The notes beneath the pieces were generated by a model, which was not told where the DNA came from, made no database searches, and saw nothing but the letters and a program-made list of their open reading frames with translations. From NCBI GenBank assembly GCA_951406725.2, contig OX597843.1, positions 19,902,001 to 19,966,000 on the forward strand: a DNA stretch of 64,000 nucleotides, written 5' to 3'. Numbering within the stretch: position 1 is the first letter of the stretch; the number at the start of each line of letters is the position of its first letter. Of the stretch, positions 48,762 to 59,717 are shown one piece after another. Source of the DNA: Octopus vulgaris (taxonomy: Eukaryota). The position numbers and the translations under genes were made by a program.

Positions 48762-51240
48762 GTGTGAGGATGCTCTTGAGTGCTACTGGTAAATCCTCCT
48801 ATAGATGATACACAAGATAGCAATCCCTCCACACTATCTATCAAAAACCGCATTATCCATATATGGAACGAAAAACGTAAAGCCAGAAACTTTTCTTTCT
48901 GGAATACGATTAAAAACAACCACAAGGCAGAAATCTACGAACGCTGGTTAAACTCTACACCAATAATTTTGCCTCGTAAATTCCAACTTAAACGTATTCC
49001 AAAGAAGCCGACAAAGGAAGTGCGGTAGTAGTGATGAATAAAGATTACTACACAAATTTAATACTTTCCATGTTGGAAAGTAATACTTACTATGAGAAAT
49101 TAATACATAACAACCCACAGAAAACACTGAAAAACTTGCCCTCCTTACTCCAAATTCATGGAAAGGGTCTCACTAAATTTGAAATAGACTTTTTACCCAA
49201 TTTTAAATACGGTTTACCCCCCCCCCCCCCCCAAAAAAAAAAATCCACAGGTTTGTGAAGCCTGCAAAGTCTCTACAAGCCTATGCATTAATGTCCCTTC
49301 CTCTACTGACCTCAAAATGAGACCCATCATAGCTGGGCCTTCTTGTGAAACCCACCGTTTCAGCAATTTCCTCGACATCTAACACAAAACGTTTTTTTTT
49401 AAATATGTGAAAAGCTTTATCAGGGATGACCTAGACATGCTGAACCACCTCCCGAATACATTAAAGGAAGGAACCATGCTGGTGTCTTTCGATGTGGTGA
49501 ATCTGTACACCAATATCCCATATGAGTATGGTATAGAAGCAATCACATCCTGGCTAGAAAAATACACAGAAGAGATCCCAGGATACATAAACCACAGATT
49601 GATAATCGAAGCACTCAAATTCGTCCTGCTGAAAAACTATTTCATGTTCGATACAACTTACTATCGCAAAAAATGTGGAATTGCAATGGGAACCTGAGCT
49701 GCTCCAGTGATTGCAAACCTTGTAATGGGTTACCTAGAACTGAAGTTATACCAATCATCACTAGAAAATTATGGCGCCTCTTTTAATTGCTATTTAAAGG
49801 AGAATTGGAAGAGGTATTCGGATGATTGCTTCATACTCTGGAAAGACAGCATGGACAAACTCCTTGATTTGAACGTAATGCTTAACAACATACATAGCAA
49901 TATACAATTCACTATGGAACACAACAGTAAACAACTCCCTTTCTAGAGATCTCAATTAAAATAGTTAACCACAACATAGAAACAGATATCTTTTATAAAT
50001 CCACAGATTCTAAACAATACCTATTGTTTGACACCCCAAACACATAAAAATTAATACACCTTTTAATCTGGCGAAAAGAATATGTACCATAGTTTCGGAT
50101 ACATATATTCTTGAACAAAGACTTCTTGAACTTAGATCAACACTAACTAAAAGACATTACCCAATCTCATTAATAAATGATGGCATTAGAAGAGATCAGG
50201 AAATAGATATACAAATATTAAGGCAAGCCAGCCGAAATTCTAAACCAGACTTAAAAATACTCCCGTACATTTCCACACATAACCCTAGAAACATCGAAGC
50301 CTTCAATATTATCACCCAAAATCTTCTCATCCTCACAGAAGACAAAACAACGAACGAAATTTTAAGCTCATACAAAATTTATAAAAAGCAAACTACAACC
50401 CAAGTCACTGAAAAAGTATTAACCAGCGTAAGACTATATCCACTAACAACAGAGCCAAAAGTGAAAAAATGTGGTCGTCTCAACTGTGGAACATACCGCA
50501 ACGTTTTGGATGGTTCATAATTCCTCTTCAAACAGGGTGAAATATTTAAGATCAAATCAAATTTCACCGGACACTCTGAAAATCTAATCTATACCATGAC
50601 TTGCTTAGGATGTGGTAAGCACTATATTGGACAAACAGGAATATCCCTCCGTCGAAGAACCACCATGCAAAAGGAAGAAATTCTCCACCCACAATACAGA
50701 CAGTGACAGCTTAGTGAACACATAGAAAGGTGTGCTAGGATTCCTAATCCTAATTTCCAAATTTTCCACTTCTATCAATGTTCACAGAACACCTCAATGC
50801 AACAAAGGTTGAATAAAGTGACAATTTCCATCAATAAATATATTCCCCAACTGAATATAAACACACAACTTAATACAGAACACTACTATCCCTTCAATTA
50901 ACACCATAAACACCAATACATTCCTTACACCATTCACATTAAAATTCTATATCGAACCTTACTGCACAAAATCCAGAACAACTTACCTCCCTTACAAATA
51001 ATCTTTTTATTCAGGCACTATTAGACCTAACACCGTTCATTAGCCGGCGTTCATTCAAAGCAATGAATAGCTTATGACGAAAGCATGGTATGCTTTCTGA
51101 CTCTTTAATCATTTCATTATAATGACTTTTATGACTCTTATTACTACCTCAGTCCATCTAAACGTATATATATATATGTCGTTACCTTTCATAAAAAGCT
51201 TTTTCTTGTTTTATTTACAATGTGCATTTTCGTTGATTTT
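48760..51240 (+). mobile_element. Penelope-like element, copy B, degenerate
   Basis: Paralog of 796-3240; ENLIYTMTCLGCGKHYIGQTG GIY-YIG. Confidence 0.9.
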
Positions 51241-51299
51241 TCATATTTTCCCCTTACATTTACACGTGTATTTCCTAATTTCTTCTTGTAACATACTTC

Positions 51300-51343
<44 letters not shown>

Positions 51344-51354
51344 CATATTTCTAC

Positions 51355-51410
<56 letters not shown>

Positions 51411-51919
51411 TACATACAGACATACATACATGTATTGCATACATACTACATACATGTATACATACATACATACTTACATATATACATACATACACATGTA
51501 TTTTCTACTTTCTTCTTGTAACATATTTCTAATATATATATCTATATATATATATATATATATAACATATTTCTCCTATATATATATATATATATGTATA
51601 TATATACATTCATACATACATATATACATACATATATACAAACACACATACATACAGAAATGCATACGTTATATATACCCTACATAAATACGGGTGCATG
51701 TGGTCTTTTATGTGTTTTTAGATCTACGAGCCTCTGAAACTTTTCGTCCTGTAGTAAAACGAATTTGATATCCGAAATCCGATTCCCAAGGTAAACATCG
51801 TCCATAAAATATAATAAATATCATAATCCTCCACGTGAAATAACCCAACTTTGAGATCTCAACCTCCCACTCTATATCTTTCACTACCCATGTATTTTAT
51901 ATTTGCCATACTATTTGAT

Positions 51920-51993
<74 letters not shown>

Positions 51994-52458
51994 AATTAAA
52001 AATCAATCATTGCTTTCATTTTGTTTAAAATCTCTCCTACTTCTGTTTTATGATACAAGTGTTCAAACACAAACAGCTTAGCCTCCAAATCTTGTTTTCC
52101 AATGGGGTAAAAATGATAAAACTTTGAACCTCTGATGTGTTTTCTATACTTTGTCTCGAATAAATCAAAAATTTCCAAATTTCCACATACTTTTCAAATT
52201 TCAAATTCTGTGACACAAAGCGAAAAGTTCGCTCTCTAATTGCTTATTTCTTTCCTTTTCTCATAGTAAACCTTCCCACACTTTATGAAATTATACCGCT
52301 CACACTATCGTGTTCCCAATGTGTGTCGTGTTCCTAATATATATATAGGTGTGTCTGTGTGTGTGCCATTGTGTCTGCGTGTGTGGATGTAAGAATGTGT
52401 TCGTATTTTTGTGCGTTATTGTGTGTATACGTATGTGTAGAAGAATTATACGCATAAA

Positions 52459-52505
<47 letters not shown>

Positions 52506-53021
52506 GCATACGTATACCCATGCATACCAGTATATATCATATATACACACTCACACACATACACTCACACATATATATATAGAGAGAGAATATTATCTTC
52601 CAATTATTCAAGTCATTAATCAGCAACCATCCTGGAACCCTCCTAGAAAGTATTTTATTCGAATATATTTTCCACGGTATTTAAATTTTGAAAGTCTGTT
52701 ACTTATTATATCGGTTTCTTTTGAGGAACTGTTAAGTTACGGGGATGGAATATCTCCAGAGACTAATACAACCACTATAATCAAAGCTCACACACACACA
52801 TACACCCATGTATATATGTATATACATAAGACAGGCCTCTTTCAGTTTCTGACAACAAAATCTACTCACGACACGAGGATATGGAATTGGACACTTGGTG
52901 AAGGCAGCTCGTATTAACAATGACCCTTACACCATGTGGTTGGAAATCAAGCTTCTTATTACGCAGACACGCCATTGATTTCATACACACGTGCACTTAT
53001 ATAGATATACATATATATTTA

Positions 53022-53077
<56 letters not shown>

Positions 53078-53081
<4 letters not shown>

Positions 53082-53301
53082 ATTTAAAGCATAAGAAAAT
53101 TCAACAAAACCTGTTACTCTGAGTTTCCCGTTGCCGTTCATCGGACAGTTTTTGCTAGACACTGTCTGATGAACGGCAACGGGAAACTCAGAGTAACAGG
53201 TTTTGTTGAATTTTCTGCTGCTTTAAATAAAGCATATTACTCTACCAATGGTATTTGAGTACTCTTTTTTCCACCTTGTTTCACATTAATGTGTTTACTC
53301 C

Positions 53302-53303
<2 letters not shown>
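53078..53303. mobile_element. Palindromic pLTR insert with hammerheads on both strands
   Basis: Arms 53080-53149 and 53161-53230; the + arm reads ctgt-CTGATGA-acggcaacgg-GAAACTCAGAGTA-acag; the - arm has CCGATGA; TA-flanked and absent from copy A. Confidence 0.85.
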
Positions 53304-53334
<31 letters not shown>

Positions 53335-53359
53335 TCATAGACAGATTGATAGATAGACA

Positions 53360-54560
53360 TGTTTCTTTACAAGCCACAAAGAGCTGCACACAGACGGGAA
53401 AGATTACAATGTAGAGCTTTTCTTTTTTTAGGAAATAAAAGTTGGGGTAGGTATTCGATAAAAAGAGATCGTAAAAGGGAAAGAAGTTGAAAAAAGGAAA
53501 AGAAACAAAAGAAAAAAAACGAGTAGGGATCGTGTATCACAGTGTCACGATGTATGGTGTAAAGGGGGAAGCAGATAAGGTTTAACCGTGGGAAGAAAAG
53601 CCCACGGAAAGACCACGGTAACCTCGGTCAATATTGTTACATGTTACCACATTTGTTTTCAAGTAACCCTCTGTTTTAAATTTCCGGTTTCATAGGATTA
53701 TGCTCAAGCTGGCTTCGTCATTCATTCGTGCCATCCTTGCTACATTCACCCATCTTTTTTAAAACATTCGCTAGACAAAACTTGCCTCTCTGCTCTCACT
53801 TCCTTTTCAAGTGATACTTGAAAATGTTGATGAGAGATTGACCAGAGAGGAAAGTGTTTGTCTCTAATCCTTTCAGACGCGTCCACCAGATAAATTCTTT
53901 CGCCATATGATGAAAATAGCTCTTCCTTCCTGTTTGAAGGACGGAGGCGTGACAATATTGACAATAGACTCGGCTGTTAAACCGACTCGTCCCAACGGGA
54001 CAGCAGTTGTTCGACATAAGCCCACAGGTCGGTAATGGTTGGACACTGCACGAAAGCGAGCAAAACGGTATCGTTGCTCTGACCCCATCTCGGGCTGGTC
54101 GGCCCCGTGTTCCTCGAGCCGTGTCTATAGAGCTTATCCTGAAGAGGTAGCGCTTCTCGGTAGCACTGCCAGTCCAAAATCTCTGGATGTTGTCAATGGG
54201 CCCTGGCCCGAAAGTCGTCCTGAACATGCGGATCAGGTATTCCTCGTCGAAGTCCAGGTTAGCCCCGAGCTCGTCGTCGTACCTCACCTCCACTAATCCC
54301 CTATAGAATGCTTGGGTTGTGTTGAAGTCCCTCATGTTCGATCCGGGACGGCAGAGTTGCTTGAGAGCAACGTGACACGCGCGGTGCCATTCGCCCTTCC
54401 TCGGCCTCTTTTTGATCCACGACTACACCTGTTCACCTTCGTCTACGTAGAGCCTGAGATATATCAGTCTCAGCGCGTGTCTGCGCATCATCGTCCATCG
54501 TCCATGGTGGAGAAAGTGTCAGCAGAGGTTCACCATTACCTTTGGCCGGAGCCACGTTGA
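53360..54560 (-). mobile_element. Tx1/L1-like LINE 3' fragment
   Basis: WQCYREALPLQDKL...ETVLLAFVQCPTITDLWAYV zf-RVT-like region plus 3' UTR; next to a (TAGA) tract; absent from copy A. Confidence 0.75.
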
Positions 54561-56118
54561 GCTGAGGTGTTCAGCTCATAAACAAACATCTCATAATCTG
54601 AGATTCGAAACCGCGATCCCTCGAGCGCGAGACTGCTGCTCTAACCACTAGAACTTGTGCCTCTCTCTCTATATATATATGCTCGTGTGCCTCCATATAT
54701 ATATATTGCTCGTGTTTTCCGTGTTGAAGTTAAACCCACCTCTGGCCTTGTATTGAAATCTTCTATATTCCCTCTACCAACTGTTACCAATTAAGATGTT
54801 ATATCTGATTCGGCAGGGATTTTATCCGCTTAACGCTTTCGACATATTCCTCCATACCGGACCGTCTGAAATCGCAGTGAAACGTTTGGGTGTACTTCGA
54901 CACATTGAGAGTGATGTCTGTTTATTTCTTTCCACTTAATGTCTCTCTCGGTACAAAATTGATCAGCGTGTCCACTCTCAGCAAAATCCGAAGAAAAGTG
55001 GTAAGGTTATGTTATAAAATAGAATCCATTTGACCATTTACATGAAAATATTCCATTGCCATTTAAATCTCAATACATCTTATAAATAATCGACGTGTTA
55101 TATGTCGAAGTGCTTAATTTTACTCACTGTTCAATTTTCTTCAAAATCAGTTCATTATTTTATTGTGAATGATTTTGACGATTGCTGCCTTTCATCATTT
55201 TAATTTTAATTCTACTTCATGACTCCGGCCATAAACTTTACCTAAAAGTCAAAGTTTATCAAAATCGGATGAATTGTGTAAAAGTTACAGCATAATATAC
55301 TAATCCTATGGGTAACTGCATACAAAAAGCCTATTGATATTTTAAAAATCTCTCTCTCACACGCAGTTATCGATTTTTGTCAACTCTTAATGCTGATATC
55401 AACTAATGGACATGAACTGTAATCACGTGTAAAATTCCTACAAAATCGTTAAGAATGTCTGTAAAGAAATGCTTATGTACATTTGTACCCTTTTCAAGCT
55501 CTTTTGAATTAAATACATACATTTCCCATATCCCCCACCAATCATTTACCTACACTTCATATTTCATTAATATCGGATGAAAAATATGTAATTTATGGCC
55601 AAAAATAAAACCCCTATGGGTATTTGGACGCAAAACGTCTATTGATTCTATAAAACCACTGCTCCGGCGCAATTACCAATTTTTTTCTCATCTGAAATCA
55701 ACTCACTGCCATGAGCCTTGCTCACTCATCGATTTTCATTAAAATTGGACAAAAAATGCAAAAGCTGCTGGGAAAATAACATCGTTATGGGAATATGCGA
55801 GGTTAATGAACACAATTTTAAAATGTCGCCATTGTTTTCAAATTACGTTTCACATTTTGTTTGAAAAAAAGTGTGGATTACAATGGTGATCACCGATTTC
55901 CAAAATGTTTCATTCAAAACTTTTGTTAATGCCTCGTTCAAAAGCATTGACCAAAATCGTTACCGATTGAGATTGGGGATTTGAAAAAAATGAAAACACA
56001 TTCAAACAATTTTTAAAGAGCTTCCTGTCATCATTTCAAACGTTGAGGTGAAAAAAAATTTGAAAATCATCATCAGAACGAGTGCAGGAGTGGCTCTGTG
56101 GTAAGTAGCTTGCTTACC

Positions 56119-59100
56119 TCATTGAGAATGTGCGAAGCAGTAAAGACGTGTTTTTGAAGCCGTCTTAAATTGAATATTTTTGAAACTCAGCTGTAAGGTA
56201 AGACATCTTTGGGGGTCTAGTGGGGGCCTGTTGTCTGCCACAAATATTGTTTACAAATAAGAAGTCCTCACTGGATTCTAGTCTACCTGTAGCTGAGTGA
56301 ATATTTTTTCATTTAACTGTGAAAATTATTGTTTTTGTGGGCGTATCCTACCGCAAAATTTTGTTTGAGAATCGTGTTTGTCCAGGAATAACTCTGCGAA
56401 TTTTTAGAAAAGATTTCAACAATATTGTTCCTGTTATGGATTACCTATGAGAAGAAAATTGGAATAATTTGCGTTAAAATTTTGACCTGGAGTACCGAGT
56501 GGCCTTTGCAGTGTTTTGAACTGCTGCTCTCTCTTCACCCCTCTTTTATTTAAAAAACGACTCTTTATTAATTTTTTCTTTTTTGTTTGAACTTTTTTCT
56601 CTTCCTTCTTTTTCCTTAATTATTTTGTATTTTATGAGGTGTTTTTTGGACTTTTTTTTAAAAGAAACCTGGCAAAGAACAATGGAAATTTGGTGGAGTG
56701 GGAATTTATATCACCCAAAAGATGATTAAAAGAACTTGAAAGTAAGACGGTGGTTTTGAGGACCTACTCTAGGATCCTCGTGGCCATTGCCAATTTCAAA
56801 AAATATAATCGAAAGAGAGATGGCAGAATTTCAGACAGCTATTAAGTTTATCACTCGGAGGGTCAAATATGCAACCGTGTGGTTGCTGTTTGACTCCCCA
56901 GAAATCGATTGGGAATTTGCGAGCCAGCTCCTGGAAGGCAATGAAATTTTGTTTCTTCCCGCTTATTGTGGGAAGAAGTTGACGAGGGCTTGGGTTTGCG
57001 GCTTTCCACCCGGTGCTGAGCCCGAGTGGATAGGAGATACTATCCGCCGGGGTCTTCGTGGCGCTAGCACCAAGCTCTTCAATGTAAATATTCTGTCTGC
57101 GGCTGACTGGGAGATGTCAAATGCCGTTTTGACCCTCTAGATCCAGTCAGCCGAAAGTCTGGTATTTCCAGACTTTTTAAGAATGGGCGTGTCGAAGAAT
57201 CCGGTGATGCTTGAAGGAGCCCCTCCCCCCAAGTGTCATCGGTGCCTGGAGCCTGGCCATATAAAAAAGAACTGTCCTCAACGGCAAAGCAAAGTCCTGG
57301 AGCGGTTGACGGAGACCTCTGTAGAAGAAGGAATGAAGGCGGCCGAGGAGACAGAGGATGCCTCAAAGAAGAGCCGCAAAAGGAAGAAGGTGTGTAATAA
57401 TGGGTGCTCACCGAAGGATTCTGGAAATGAGGGAAGGGAAGCACATGTCCTGGTCACGGAGGGGATGTACCCTCCCACAGTCAAAAGGAAAAAAGAGGAA
57501 GAGGAGAAACGGGATATTGCTGACAATCGGAGCCATGGAGCCTCATCGGTGGGTGGAGTGGGGGGTCGTGCCACTGGTGGGGGTTGGCTTAGACACAATT
57601 GGTAAGAAGTGTGCCGCCAACGGTAGAATTGATTACCTCGGACCCGCAGGAGGAAGAACTGCTGGTCTTCTGTTATAGAGGGGGAGTGGTGGAAAAGGTA
57701 ATAGAAGAACACTACAAGGGTTTACCTTTGGCCTTCGCACGGTAACCCGAATGACCTCCGCAGATAGCTGTGGAGTTCATAACGTGGCGCATGTTACATA
57801 GGCTGGGGGGACTAAAAGAGGAATATCGCTCGTGGCCGGGTGACGCCAAATTTGAGCATACCTTGATTTTAAAGCAAGCATGGGCTATGGTGCAGTACAC
57901 GTACACAAGCGATGATGAGGATTGACAAGTGGTTGAAAAGCCTCAGTGTTATAATGTGTAAGATGCTCAGTGCCTCACTTGTAAATGGACTAGTGTTGAT
58001 TGTATATTGAATATTTTATTGTATATTATTGTATATTATTGTATGTTATGGACTTATTAAGTCCAATAATTGTAAAAAGTGTAGTGAGAGGTTCAATACC
58101 TCGTTATTTTTCTGTTGGGAAAAAAAGAAGAATGTTTTAGAGAACCAGAACCAGATAAAGTCACGTGTTCTTGTTATCTTATTCCGATTGATAGGTTTAT
58201 CCGAGTATATAAAGGGTTTTGAAAGTGCATACGGGTGTTGATATCGGCAGGCAGAAACAGGGTTAGTGTCAAGGGTCACCGAGTGGGGAGATTGTTTGTT
58301 AGATCATATACTACTTTAAAATTTGGGAGAGTAGTAGTACGATGGGTTATGCGTGATATTTTTCGTTTCATCTGGTGGAAGGGTGTATCCTTGGTTCCGT
58401 GTCAAATTCGTATGATCGTCGCGTTGTAGAGCGCAATTATAATATTCAGCGTATTTTTCCTTACTGGCGGACGGTGATGAAATCCGTTTTGATACGATAT
58501 CTACGATAGAGTTTAGGACAACTGGCGTTGTGGTTGGAGGAAAAGTTGACGTAGTTGAGGTTCTCCTCAAGTTCATGACATGGGTAGAAAATTTGGCTTT
58601 GTAGATCTAGGGTGACATCTAGGAAATTAGAAGTTTTAAGGCTGCTACAAAAAGTGATGCAGAGGCCCACCTTTTTCTAATCTGTTCGATTCGGCGGTTG
58701 CGAGAATCCCGAATGTCTCTATTGGCCCAGAAGTACCCAGTTTTATCATATGTCGACGGGCGGCCAAGATGATATCAATATCGTCACAAGAGAGGTTAGA
58801 TCGTATCATTGCAAAAATGAGGACTTTGTTGAGAAGGATAGGGGTTACACTAGAGTAATTTGGTCTATGTCGATCTGGATGAATTTAAAAGTATGTTTAG
58901 GGCTTTAGGAATTAAACCACTGGACGGCTTGAGTAATTTCAGTCCATAGGTGTAGTGTGTACGTTGGATGCAGTTGGGGGTATAATCCTGTCTGATAAAA
59001 TCTTGCTAATCTTACCTATATCTGAACTGAAGGGGCAAATGAGGCGAACGGAAGGGTTCTCGGCAAATTTTATTTTATGGTCTTCTACGTTAATATGAAG

Positions 59101-59444
59101 TGAGCGAGTTAAGGAACGTCCGGTCCTATCTTCTAATGCGCGTTTAAAAACGAGATCACGATTCTTGATGTAAATGTCTGTTAGAACGGAGACTGGTACA
59201 ATACGGTATCATTTATGTAGTTATTTGTGTATTAGCTCTCGGTATTTATCTTGAGGAGCATTATAAAGTTGCCGGGTTTGACGGCTTGGAAGAGAATTTC
59301 AGAGTATTTTTGAAGACTCTTGAGGATATTATTGATTTTAGTTAGGTGGGGTTTGATTGTTATTTTTCTAGGTTGAAAATTGATGTTCTAAATCAGATTG
59401 GTAAGATGTTGCTCGAAATTATCTAGGTCACGCTTAGGAGGTGC
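56119..59444. mobile_element. Composite ORF1(+)/PLE(-) insertion, copy B
   Basis: Paralog of 7469-10839; KCHRCLEPGHIKKNC; flanks cttgcttacc/cttgtttacc. Confidence 0.6.
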
Positions 59445-59600
59445 CTTGTTTACCAACCACCTGGTTCCGGGTTCAGTCCCACTGCGTGCCACCTTGGGCA
59501 AGTGTCTTCTACTATAGCCTCGGGCCGAGCAAAGCCTTGTGAGTGGATTTGGTAGACGGAAACTGAAAGAAGCCCTTCGTATATATATATATATATATAT

Positions 59601-59717
59601 ATTGAACCTCTCACTACACTTTTTACAATTATTGGACTTAATAAGTCCATAACATACAATAATATACAATAATATACAATAAAATATTCAATATACAATC
59701 AACACTAGTCCATTTAC
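59601..59717 (-). repeat. 117-bp inverted copy of 57981-58097
   Basis: Reads as the reverse complement of the local copy-B sequence, with no differences seen; abuts the LINE 5' end. Confidence 0.92.
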
